Part shown: positions 1 to 9,411 of the stretch, one piece after another
Layout: each line of letters begins with the position of its first letter
Numbering within the stretch: the stretch's first letter is position 1
Origin: Escherichia phage O18-011
Direction: 5' to 3' (one strand)
Sequence record: NC_070985.1
DNA: 64,000 nt
Position numbers and translations under genes: made by a program
The notes under the pieces: model-generated
Seen by the model: only the letters and a program-made list of their open reading frames with translations
Told to the model about the DNA's origin: nothing
Databases searched by the model: none

Positions 1-475
1 TCATCCTTCGGTCGGCATGGGTAATTCTCTTGGGTTACTTCCGGGAGGAATGCGTGAGAAGTTTGAACCTTACCTGATGCCTATCATTGATGTTATTACT
101 CAGCGATATGGTAAAGGGTTCTATGAATGCCAGCTCGGTAACAGTAACATTGAGTTCGTACCTCTGGAATATCTCCGTGGTCGTTCTTTCAATGATGCTA
201 TTGTTATTGTTGATGAGTTCCAGAACACCACTAAAGATGAAGCCTTCTCAATCATGACTCGATTGGGAGAAACCTCTCAGCTGTTCTGCATGGGTGATAC
301 TAACCAGCATGATATGCGTGGTCGTGAGAGTGGTCTTACTTGGGCTACCAACTTTATTGATGAACACGATCTGTATGAGTTCGCTGAGATTGTAGACGGT
401 GAATCAGATGATATTGTTCGTTCTGGTTTCTGTAAAGCCATTGTTAAAGCTATGGAAAAGGAACAAGATAAATGA
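1..475 (+). CDS. phoH: PhoH-like ATPase, C-terminal part (5' end lies outside window)
   Basis: ORF open to window edge; RGRSFNDAIVIVDEFQNTT...GDTNQHD resembles Walker-B/C-terminal region of PhoH-family proteins (from memory). Confidence 0.65.
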   Translation, partial: HPSVGMGNSLGLLPGGMREKFEPYLMPIIDVITQRYGKGFYECQLGNSNIEFVPLEYLRGRSFNDAIVIVDEFQNTTKDEAFSIMTRLGETSQLFCMGDTNQHDMRGRESGLTWATNFIDEHDLYEFAEIVDGESDDIVRSGFCKAIVKAMEKEQDK

Positions 476-657
476 TAGTAGCTCTAGTTATTCGAGATTG
501 TGGTGATGGTTCAGCAACCATCGACTTCTACAAAAATATCGAACGAGCATATTTTGAGTGTGAAGAGTTCAATGAAGACACCTGCATGAATGATGGAGAA
601 CCTACTATCATTGATGTTCCTGATGATTTTTTACCACCGGGAGGGTGGAGTGAATAA
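472..657 (+). CDS. hypothetical small acidic protein
   Basis: ORF track; ATGA start/stop overlap with upstream gene suggests translational coupling. Confidence 0.4.
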   Translation: MIVALVIRDCGDGSATIDFYKNIERAYFECEEFNEDTCMNDGEPTIIDVPDDFLPPGGWSE

Positions 658-670
658 CACTCAAGAGTTA

Positions 671-838
671 ATGATAGAAGAGATTAAAGCTCAGATAGTT
701 GATAAACTCTCTATCAGGGTTGATTCTAAAGACACCAAATGCTCTGGTATATTGAAGATAGAACTTCTTTACAATGGAGAAGTTATTTCCTTTGATGAGG
801 TATATGCCTCTGATATTAAATACTTAGCAGAGTTTTAA
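671..838 (+). CDS. hypothetical small protein
   Basis: In-frame ATG at 671 inside track ORF 590-838, chosen to avoid overlap with previous gene; weak RBS. Confidence 0.3.
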   Translation: MIEEIKAQIVDKLSIRVDSKDTKCSGILKIELLYNGEVISFDEVYASDIKYLAEF

Positions 839-892
839 TAGCATCCATAATGTATACTCCTTAGTGTACACTGATATATTAAGGAGTTCTAA

Positions 893-1210
893 ATGGCAGA
901 TCATGTAGGAAAGAGAGATTATGCACAAGAAAGACGTACCGCAATTGCCCGTGGTGAAACAGGCGTTGGGAGCAAGAGCGGAGATGCTCAGCGCCACCGT
1001 GCACGTCGCATCGTTGAAAAGCGCGATGGAAAAGCTGCTGTCAGAGGTAAAGATGTTGGACACAAACGAGCTGTCAAGTCTGGAGGCTCTAATGCGTCAA
1101 GCAACTTACGTGTTGAATCAGTCAGCTCAAACCGTTCAAACGGCGGCAAAGGTGGTGATCGAGCTGGAAAAGCGGCTGGAGCACGCAAAGGAGCTTTAAG
1201 CTCATCGTAA
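893..1210 (+). CDS. small highly basic Arg/Lys/Gly/Ser-rich protein
   Basis: Strong SD (TAAGGAG) 8 nt upstream of ATG; A/T-rich third codon positions like neighbouring genes; followed by terminator. Confidence 0.5.
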   Translation: MADHVGKRDYAQERRTAIARGETGVGSKSGDAQRHRARRIVEKRDGKAAVRGKDVGHKRAVKSGGSNASSNLRVESVSSNRSNGGKGGDRAGKAAGARKGALSSS

Positions 1211-1213
1211 TAT

Positions 1214-1246
1214 AAGGCTACCCAAATGGGTGGCCTTTTCTTTTAT
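1214..1246 (+). terminator. rho-independent terminator
   Basis: AAGGCTACCC-aaat-GGGTGGCCTT hairpin followed by TTCTTTTAT. Confidence 0.6.
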
Positions 1247-1278
1247 ATAAACCAAATTAAACTTCTTAGGTAATAAAT

Positions 1279-1530
1279 ATGTCTATTGTAAAATCTGTAA
1301 ATATCATTGATGTAATGTCTAACAATCGTATGGTTAAATGGAAATTCACCAATAATCATGGCATTGCTAATATCATTGCAAACCAGATTGGTCATAACCC
1401 AAAAACAGCTCGTACTAACGTAATCCTCCGTGGGGCTGATGGTAAATTCATTTCCTACAAGAATAAAGGTGTAGAGAAAGAATTCCGTGTTGCAGTAGAA
1501 AACCTCATCCCATTCCCTAAAGGAGTTTAA
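1279..1530 (+). CDS. hypothetical protein, tandem paralog A (ends PFPKGV)
   Basis: ORF track; shares KTART.V.LR..GKFISY...PFPKG with next gene. Confidence 0.55.
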   Translation: MSIVKSVNIIDVMSNNRMVKWKFTNNHGIANIIANQIGHNPKTARTNVILRGADGKFISYKNKGVEKEFRVAVENLIPFPKGV

Positions 1531-1531
1531 T

Positions 1532-1816
1532 ATGAATAAGTTAGCTATGGTTCAGATTCGAGACACATACCCCAACCGCCCAGAGCAGAAACCACGTACT
1601 TGGTCTTATCTACTGGCTGAGAGTAAGACTATCAACAAATATTTTGTAGAGATTGGTTGTATCCCAACCAGTATTACTTTACTTCCTCATAAAACAGCTA
1701 GAACTCATGTAATGTTACGTGATAGCAAAGGTAAATTTATCTCTTATCGTGATGCTCGAATCAATAGTGAAATTAAGTCTGCTATGGAATCTTTAATGCC
1801 ATTCCCAAAAGGTTAA
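1532..1816 (+). CDS. hypothetical protein, tandem paralog B (ends PFPKG)
   Basis: ORF track; SD AAAGGAG upstream; paralogous to 1279-1530. Confidence 0.55.
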   Translation: MNKLAMVQIRDTYPNRPEQKPRTWSYLLAESKTINKYFVEIGCIPTSITLLPHKTARTHVMLRDSKGKFISYRDARINSEIKSAMESLMPFPKG

Positions 1817-1819
1817 ATA

Positions 1820-1978
1820 ATGAAAGAATATGTTTACGTAGGACAGCGCTGGTTCGGTGATGAATGGGAAGGTGGATACAGCGTTGTGAAAGCTTTTAAG
1901 TCTGAAGAAGATGCTAAGGCATGGGTCTGGAAAGATAATGTTGGCGAGAGAACTTACGTTAGAGTAGAGGTGGAGTAG
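1820..1978 (+). CDS. hypothetical small protein (52 aa)
   Basis: ATG at 1820 to TAG at 1976-1978, fills gap between flanking genes; below 60 aa track cutoff. Confidence 0.35.
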   Translation: MKEYVYVGQRWFGDEWEGGYSVVKAFKSEEDAKAWVWKDNVGERTYVRVEVE

Positions 1979-1979
1979 A

Positions 1980-2402
1980 ATGCCATTACCAGCTAGACAC
2001 CAAAACCGTTTCTTAGTTCTCAAGTGGGATGATATCGAAATGAATCTCACTGAACATGAACTGGATTTGTTCCATGAGCTTTTGTCAGAGATTCGCTCTG
2101 GTATTCCTGAACGTCAGTATGTAGTTATCAGCGATAAACACCATCAAGAGTTTGAAGAAGCTTGGGGTATGAAGTTAGCTTACATCCAGAGAGCTATCAG
2201 AGAAAGAGAAGAGGTTGCTAACCAAAGAGTTGTGGCTCATCTAGTACGAGAGCAACCTCGTGAAGCTAGGGCTAACCATGCACCACCTCCACCTACTCCT
2301 CGGATAGTTGTTAACGGGGCGGTTAGGGCTTACAGTTATGAAGCTACCGTGTTAGATGTGATAGAAGATAACCAAGCATTTACAGATTTACTTTACCAAT
2401 AA
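1980..2402 (+). CDS. hypothetical protein
   Basis: ORF track; starts 1 nt after upstream stop. Confidence 0.5.
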   Translation: MPLPARHQNRFLVLKWDDIEMNLTEHELDLFHELLSEIRSGIPERQYVVISDKHHQEFEEAWGMKLAYIQRAIREREEVANQRVVAHLVREQPREARANHAPPPPTPRIVVNGAVRAYSYEATVLDVIEDNQAFTDLLYQ

Positions 2403-2418
2403 TTTAAAGGAGCATAAA

Positions 2419-4221
2419 ATGAGCAACCCGGACGCTCTCCCATTTTTGACAGAGATGACTGTCGCTGATATAATCTCTAAGCAAGCAAAGCACGGAGTGA
2501 GTTTCAACCGAAGAAATGCTCGGTGGTATGTTCACCTCCTTAAAGAGATTATTGTTAATATTGACAAAGAACTGATTCCTCTCTTACCTAAGATGAGATT
2601 AGATGGCTCTACTTATATGAAGCCATTTAAGAAGTCTGGAGCTTTACAGAAGTGGCCTCAAACATATTGTGATAGGGTTGGACTTAAGAGAGAAGACATT
2701 GGTGGAGCATTCACCTGTGTAGAGTACGTAGACTTTGACCCATCGAAAGATGCCCGAGTTAAAGAAGCCCTTATGGATGAGGGTTTTCTTCCTCCAGAGT
2801 TTAACATATCAAAGAAACCTTGGAATACTTTTGAAATCAAGAAAGATATGCGAAAGTACGGAACATACCAAGCATGGTATTCAGCTTGGATGCGAGGTAA
2901 TGCTAAACAGAAGCAGACAGCCGAGATGGTTGACGCTGATATTAGAAAGTTCTTAGAGAAGCATTTTCGGTTTAAAACTAAGAACTACATGAAGGCTTAT
3001 GTATTTGGTTTAGGTTTAAATCCTAACCGACGTAGACCTATCACTTTTGATGAGATTAAGATAGCACTAGCTACCTCAAACAAGTGGCCTACAGCTCCTA
3101 CAAACCTCGAGGAGACTCTTGAAGAAGGGTTAGGGGGTGAGCTAGGGAGTGTCGGAAGTTTGCTTAAGAGACGCGTTGTAGCGGCTCACAGGCTAGGTCT
3201 TATCAGTGGACTCATAGCAAAGGAACGCGAAGATGGTAAACTTTCGGCAGAAGCTAACAGCTGCGCTACGCCGACTTTTCGATTCAAACATCGTATCGTG
3301 GTTAATATTCCCTCCCGTGGTTTGTTTGGTCATGAGTGTCGCAGTTTGTTTGAATCTGACTATAACTCAGATAGTGATCACTCTCGTCCTTTCATTATTA
3401 CTAACGTTGTTCCTGATGGTTGTTATATACGAAAAGGTACTAACGTAATTTACGAGAAAGGTAAGCCGGGGAAGAAAGACAAACCTGTAGGTGCTTACAA
3501 ATATTACATACCCGCTGGTAAAGAGGTATTCTTAGGGTATGATGGTTCTGGATTAGAATTGCGTATGCTCGCACACTACCTCATTAAAGAGTGTAGGGAT
3601 ATGCTTGCTGAAGCAATTGAAGAGAACAATCCAGCTAAGAAAGCTCTGGCAGAACGTGGTTTAGCTTCTGCTATTATGTATCGTGATATTCTCCTTGAAG
3701 GTGATATCCACTCCCACAACCAGAAACTTGCTGGTCTTCCTACTCGTGACAACGCTAAGACGTTAAACAACATGCGAGCACGTTTCTTGGCAGAGAACCC
3801 ATGTATTGCAATCCTCATTGATCGTATGACAGAGAAAGCTGCTCAAGGATACTTGATTGGTGTTGATGGTCGTAAGATTACAATGAGACGAGATTCCACT
3901 GGTAAGGTTATGGTTCATAAAGCACTTAACACTCTCCTGCAATGTGCTGGTGCTGTTGTTATGAAATATGCTATGATGTTCCTTAACAAGTGGATTGAGA
4001 AGGATGGGGTTCGTTGTGCTAAGGTAATTGATATGCATAAACTTCATTGTGCATGTAAAAGTTGGATGGATGAGGGCCAGTTCTCAGTTAATCGTAACGA
4101 TGTACAGAAACTCAAAGAGCACACCGAGCTTTGTGTTAAGAAGGCTGGTGAGTATTTGAACATGGAATGTCCTCTGGCATCTGATTGTCAGATTGGACTT
4201 AACTGGATGCATACACACTAA
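2419..4221 (+). CDS. family-A (T7 gp5-like) DNA polymerase, polymerase domain only
   Basis: Strong SD AAAGGAG; motif A GYDGSGLELRMLAHY; PTRDNAKT and GVDGRK...ALNTLLQCAGA and C-terminal NWMHTH align to T7 DNA polymerase as I recall it; no 3'-5' exonuclease motifs seen. Confidence 0.75.
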   Translation: MSNPDALPFLTEMTVADIISKQAKHGVSFNRRNARWYVHLLKEIIVNIDKELIPLLPKMRLDGSTYMKPFKKSGALQKWPQTYCDRVGLKREDIGGAFTCVEYVDFDPSKDARVKEALMDEGFLPPEFNISKKPWNTFEIKKDMRKYGTYQAWYSAWMRGNAKQKQTAEMVDADIRKFLEKHFRFKTKNYMKAYVFGLGLNPNRRRPITFDEIKIALATSNKWPTAPTNLEETLEEGLGGELGSVGSLLKRRVVAAHRLGLISGLIAKEREDGKLSAEANSCATPTFRFKHRIVVNIPSRGLFGHECRSLFESDYNSDSDHSRPFIITNVVPDGCYIRKGTNVIYEKGKPGKKDKPVGAYKYYIPAGKEVFLGYDGSGLELRMLAHYLIKECRDMLAEAIEENNPAKKALAERGLASAIMYRDILLEGDIHSHNQKLAGLPTRDNAKTLNNMRARFLAENPCIAILIDRMTEKAAQGYLIGVDGRKITMRRDSTGKVMVHKALNTLLQCAGAVVMKYAMMFLNKWIEKDGVRCAKVIDMHKLHCACKSWMDEGQFSVNRNDVQKLKEHTELCVKKAGEYLNMECPLASDCQIGLNWMHTH

Positions 4222-4226
4222 GGTGA

Positions 4227-4595
4227 GTGATGAAAGAAACCAATATCATCTACAGAACATTGAGATGTTTAGCTAAAGAGAGGGGGATGGAGGATTTCCT
4301 CCTCCAATATTATGAAATAGCTAAGACTGGAATTTATCCAAAATGGTTTAGTGAAGATCACGGATTATGCTTCAACTTCCGCTGTTATAAGAGATATCAC
4401 TATTTCACAAAGCATTTAGATATTGACGACATGAAGAATATGTTTAATCGAGAAGAATTCTTGAACCCAGCATATCCCTTCGGATGTGATCAATATTTTA
4501 GAGATAGAGACAACGGGGCACATCATAAGAATCCAAAACGACGGGCTTGGATTAAAAATACACTGAAAACTCTATATAGTATTGAGGTTGAGTGA
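4227..4595 (+). CDS. hypothetical protein
   Basis: ORF track; SD AGGTGA upstream; start may be ATG at 4230. Confidence 0.45.
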   Translation: MMKETNIIYRTLRCLAKERGMEDFLLQYYEIAKTGIYPKWFSEDHGLCFNFRCYKRYHYFTKHLDIDDMKNMFNREEFLNPAYPFGCDQYFRDRDNGAHHKNPKRRAWIKNTLKTLYSIEVE

Positions 4596-4786
4596 TGGGT
4601 ATTAAAGGCTATTATGAATCTTGGGCCGTCTTCAGCGGTGGCTCCACTCTCGTAGCATTAAATGGTCAACTGTGTATCTTTGAGACAGAGAACTTAGCAA
4701 TAACCAAAGCAGCAGAGTTAGTTCGAAAGTTTCCAAACAAGACATTCACAGTTAAAAGGATAGAAGTACCTGCATTGGTAGAGTGA
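4595..4786 (+). CDS. hypothetical small protein
   Basis: ATG at 4595 overlapping upstream TGA (ATGA-type coupling). Confidence 0.4.
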   Translation: MGIKGYYESWAVFSGGSTLVALNGQLCIFETENLAITKAAELVRKFPNKTFTVKRIEVPALVE

Positions 4787-4841
4787 ATAAATAAGACGAA
4801 TGAACTATTCTTATTGATTGGTTCGTAACAAGGAGATTGAA

Positions 4842-4970
4842 GTGGAAGAGATGCCATCGGATTGGTGTTATCGTCAGAGCGCCATCTGTAACGAACAAGG
4901 ACGTCCTGATGAAGCTGAGTTTTATTTAGAACTTGCTGAACTGTGGAAAGAGCGAGAGGAGAAAGAATGA
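4842..4970 (+). CDS. hypothetical small protein (about 40 aa)
   Basis: SD AAGGAG at 4830-4835, GTG 4842 or ATG 4851 start; stop overlaps next start. Confidence 0.3.
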   Translation: MEEMPSDWCYRQSAICNEQGRPDEAEFYLELAELWKEREEKE

Positions 4971-5137
4971 TGGAAGGTATCTACCGTAAGCCGCCTCCGA
5001 AATACAACATCCTTTATACTGATGCAACTGGTGAGTTTAGAAGTGTGTTAGTTTACACGGATGAAGAACGAAACCAAATGGTTGCTGCTATTGAAGCCAA
5101 TGGCGGTACAATCATGCGAATTTATAACATAACATAA
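4967..5137 (+). CDS. hypothetical small protein
   Basis: ATG 4967 after GAGGAG; in frame with track ORF 4943-5137. Confidence 0.35.
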   Translation: MMEGIYRKPPPKYNILYTDATGEFRSVLVYTDEERNQMVAAIEANGGTIMRIYNIT

Positions 5138-5146
5138 GGAATATCA

Positions 5147-5323
5147 ATGACTGCTTCTGAATTAAAAGAAACCCTGTCCACCGAAGAAGGTAAAGCTTTC
5201 TTCCTAACTCAAGTACACTCTATGGGTAAAGATGCCCTTCGCCAAGCAGTTGTTGAGCTTACTGGTGTAGTGATTGACTTGAGTATTGAAAATGAAACAC
5301 TTGAAGCTAAAGTGAATAGTTAA
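5147..5323 (+). CDS. hypothetical small acidic protein (58 aa)
   Basis: SD TAAGGA 6 nt upstream of ATG 5147; followed by terminator. Confidence 0.45.
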   Translation: MTASELKETLSTEEGKAFFLTQVHSMGKDALRQAVVELTGVVIDLSIENETLEAKVNS

Positions 5324-5328
5324 ATAAG

Positions 5329-5356
5329 AAGCTGCCTTAGGGCGGCTTTTCTTGTC
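5329..5356 (+). terminator. rho-independent terminator
   Basis: AAGCTGCC-ttag-GGCGGCTT hairpin then TTCTTGTC. Confidence 0.55.
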
Positions 5357-5370
5357 TAAAGGATTTAGAA

Positions 5371-5508
5371 ATGTTAGAATCTGAATGTGATAAATGTGGT
5401 TCGGTGTCTAAAAGGATAGACACACAATGGTCAGAGATCTTCGAAACACCTGTCCATTTATATAAATGTCCTATTTGTGGTCATGAACACGAGGAGCTAG
5501 GTGAATGA
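5371..5508 (+). CDS. small zinc-ribbon-like protein (45 aa)
   Basis: ATG 5371; two Cys pairs CDKCG...CPICG; stop overlaps next start. Confidence 0.35.
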   Translation: MLESECDKCGSVSKRIDTQWSEIFETPVHLYKCPICGHEHEELGE

Positions 5509-5897
5509 ATATTGGTTTAGATTACGATGATACTTACACCTCAGATAAGAAGCTGTGGCGCTCTGTGGTGGCATTAATGCAAGCCAAAGGCTATGATGTA
5601 CGTTTTGTAACTTATCGCTTTGCAGAGCCTAATGGGTACGATAATCACGACATTAAGATTGATGCAGAGTGTTTGCAGATTCCTATCATCTTTTGCAATG
5701 GTGTTCAGAAAGATGACGTATGTCGCCAGTTAGGTTTCTTTGTAGATATCTGGATTGACGACTTCCCTGTTGGAATCCCTAAGAAAGACCACCTAGATGG
5801 GATGCTGAAGGGTGTAAGACTTAATGACCTTAGGGCAGCACCTCCTGTAGAAATAGCCGCTCCTGTGTACTCTGAAGAGCCTCTGGTAATTCGATGA
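5505..5897 (+). CDS. possible HAD-superfamily phosphatase/nucleotidase
   Basis: N-terminal LDYDDT fits HAD motif I (DxDxT); later VDIWIDDF fits motif IV; assignment by eye only. Confidence 0.4.
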   Translation: MNIGLDYDDTYTSDKKLWRSVVALMQAKGYDVRFVTYRFAEPNGYDNHDIKIDAECLQIPIIFCNGVQKDDVCRQLGFFVDIWIDDFPVGIPKKDHLDGMLKGVRLNDLRAAPPVEIAAPVYSEEPLVIR

Positions 5898-6073
5898 AGA
5901 AGATAATCCTTTGGACTTTAGGTATAGCCCTATTCCTGTATCTAATAGATATCGGAGGGGATGCCAGTAGAGAAGACTGTGAAGTACGAATGTCTCAAGA
6001 ATTTAAGTCAGAGACTAAGTGGGTTAACGGTCGATGCTATGTAAGAGATTGGGGAAGGGCAACGTCTCGATGA
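5894..6073 (+). CDS. small membrane protein (59 aa)
   Basis: ATG 5894 overlapping upstream stop; N-terminal hydrophobic helix IILWTLGIALFLYLI. Confidence 0.35.
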   Translation: MKKIILWTLGIALFLYLIDIGGDASREDCEVRMSQEFKSETKWVNGRCYVRDWGRATSR

Positions 6074-6252
6074 AATACTACTTAATTGAGTATAAAAGTA
6101 AATCTTGGACGGATGCATATAACGTAGTAGCCTCTTGTAAAAAAGAGGTAGTTGATGGCGAAAACCCAATAGAAGCAACACAGAAATTACAGCAATCTTG
6201 CAAAGATGCAGGATGTAGCTATGAATTAGTTGATGTTAAGGAAATTAAATGA
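6070..6252 (+). CDS. hypothetical small protein
   Basis: ATG 6070 overlapping upstream TGA; in frame with track ORF 6034-6252. Confidence 0.4.
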   Translation: MKYYLIEYKSKSWTDAYNVVASCKKEVVDGENPIEATQKLQQSCKDAGCSYELVDVKEIK

Positions 6253-6392
6253 TTTGGATTCACACATATAAGATTGGAAAGAAAGAGATCACCGTTGTAC
6301 ACACCTCTGAAGAAAGTGCTAATGCTTCTAAAGAAGTTTTGAAAGGTGAAGTTAAAACATATGTTGAAGTAAAAGCTAAATCTTGGTCATAA
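6249..6392 (+). CDS. hypothetical small protein (47 aa)
   Basis: ATG 6249 overlapping upstream stop; below track cutoff. Confidence 0.3.
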   Translation: MIWIHTYKIGKKEITVVHTSEESANASKEVLKGEVKTYVEVKAKSWS

Positions 6393-6407
6393 TTAATAGG
6401 GGTAAAA

Positions 6408-6623
6408 ATGGAATACATTGATAAATACTCAAGCGAAGATTCAAAAGACGCTGATGTTTTATTCATATTGAAAACTAGCTGTCTAGAACACGGACAGCTT
6501 ATTAACTTTATGGAATTGGCAAAACTTAAAGAAGAGATTGATCAACTATACAGTGATGAGCAATCCAGATTACTTTCTCTATCTCTTCTTGGAGACCTTA
6601 CTTGTGATGGGTGTACTATCTAA
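6408..6623 (+). CDS. hypothetical small acidic protein
   Basis: ORF track; purine-rich RBS. Confidence 0.4.
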   Translation: MEYIDKYSSEDSKDADVLFILKTSCLEHGQLINFMELAKLKEEIDQLYSDEQSRLLSLSLLGDLTCDGCTI

Positions 6624-6783
6624 CTCTGAAGAAAAGAAGATCTCATTATTTAAAGAACCTGTAGTCTATAAAGACTCTATCAGAGATCAATATAATGAGA
6701 TGTTAAAGAAACAAGCTGATTCCAATCTTCTTTATCAGCGAATAGTAGAAAAATCTAACTTTAAAGGTTTACTTGAATGGTAA
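6607..6783 (+). CDS. hypothetical small protein
   Basis: In-frame ATG 6607 within track ORF 6538-6783; overlaps previous gene. Confidence 0.25.
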   Translation: MGVLSNSEEKKISLFKEPVVYKDSIRDQYNEMLKKQADSNLLYQRIVEKSNFKGLLEW

Positions 6784-7199
6784 CTTATATTCTATACTTT
6801 TTAGCTTTCTTAGGAATAATCTTTTTGTCTATTCTTATTGAATCTGGTTTAAGTGTATTAATTAACTATTTAGGTAGTAAGTAATTAATATTCTTTTAAA
6901 TAGAGAATCAAAGTCCCTAGGAGTCCCTACAACCTAAATCAAGGATTCCTTAATTCTCTATTTTTATCTCGCAGGTGGCTCCTGCCCTTCGGTACTTGCA
7001 AGGGATTCTGTGAATTGCCCAATATACAAGCCTGCAATAACTTTATCAGCTATACAATATATACATTACTAGTGTGTTATATCTACTACCAAAGATACTT
7101 ATATTATATAGTACTCTTATCGGTATAAGCGTAATGTATACTATACATAACCGCTCAAAGAGAGCAACAATCTTTCAAATTAAATAAGGAAATTAAAAT

Positions 7200-7946
7200 A
7201 TGTCTATGATTCCAACTATCGCAACTTCTTCCCGTAAATCCAACTACGACATCATCCCTGATGGTGAATATGAAGCACGTATCGTTCGTGTAGTAGGTTT
7301 GGGTGTTCACAATCGTGACCCTTGGATTGACCCGAAGACCAAAGCAGTAACTCCTAAGAATCCAGCTTTCCGTATGGATTTGGCTTTCGAGCTGATTGGT
7401 GTTGATGCTACTGGTAAAGATTCCGATGGTAAGGCATTAGAACCACGCCCTGCTTGCCAGTTCAAGAGCTATGATGTAAACCCACGAGCTAAGAACTCTG
7501 GTATCCTTGATCTCTGCAAGATGATTGACCCAAGCATTCAAGCACTGAAAGGTGATCTGTCTTGGTTTAAGGATGTGCTGTTAGGTCAGCCTGTTAACAT
7601 TCTGGTTAACTCTTACACTAATAAAGCTGGTGAAGTTAAAAACTCCATCAAAACCATTTCTCCAATCCCAACCAAATATCGTGCAGCAGTTGGTGAAGCT
7701 CGCAGTCCTCTGGTATTCTTCGAACCGTATGCTGAAACCGACGAGAACGTAGCATCCTATCAACTGATGTTCCCGTTCCAGCGCAACCTGCTTACTCAAG
7801 CTAATGACGCTAAGAACATGCCTCTGGCTGGTCGTGAAATTACTCGTGCTTCTGAGACAGAACAGAAAGAAGCTACTCCTTCAATCCCTACGATTGATCA
7901 AGAGCCTGCTTCTACTTACGAAGACGATAACGATAGCCCATTCTAA
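7200..7946 (+). CDS. single-stranded DNA-binding protein-like (T7 gp2.5-like acidic C-terminal tail)
   Basis: Strong SD TAAGGA; codon usage typical of highly expressed genes; C-terminus ...YEDDNDSPF resembles SSB acidic tails ending in Phe; followed by strong terminator. Confidence 0.5.
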   Translation: MSMIPTIATSSRKSNYDIIPDGEYEARIVRVVGLGVHNRDPWIDPKTKAVTPKNPAFRMDLAFELIGVDATGKDSDGKALEPRPACQFKSYDVNPRAKNSGILDLCKMIDPSIQALKGDLSWFKDVLLGQPVNILVNSYTNKAGEVKNSIKTISPIPTKYRAAVGEARSPLVFFEPYAETDENVASYQLMFPFQRNLLTQANDAKNMPLAGREITRASETEQKEATPSIPTIDQEPASTYEDDNDSPF

Positions 7947-7968
7947 GTAACTCTCCTTGTTATAGCTT

Positions 7969-7992
7969 AGCCACCTTCGGGTGGCTTTTTTC
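7969..7992 (+). terminator. rho-independent terminator
   Basis: AGCCACC-ttcg-GGTGGCT hairpin followed by TTTTTT. Confidence 0.65.
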
Positions 7993-8239
7993 GTTGGAGA
8001 CAACATGCAAAACACGTTAAGTGATAACTTAGGGTTTATCATTTTCTCAGCTCTTGTGTTCTTTGGTGGTATGAAGTTTAACGAGTACCAAACAGATAGC
8101 AGTAATCTAGACAAAGAGAAGCATCAGCAAGAGTTGGAGATTGAAAGAAGTAGGGCAGCTGATGAAGTTGCCCAGAGAGTTCTTACCGGTTTATCTAGCT
8201 GGAAGAAGAACACGGAAACCGTTTATAAAGAGATGCATT

Positions 8240-9410
<1,171 letters not shown>

Positions 9411-9411
9411 T

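Noticed and set aside
921-1199. Alternative 92 aa ORF in a different frame from 893-1210
   Set aside because: G/C-rich third codon positions unlike neighbouring genes and only a weak RBS; the overlapping frame 893 has a strong SD and typical codon pattern. Kept as a note, not as a feature.
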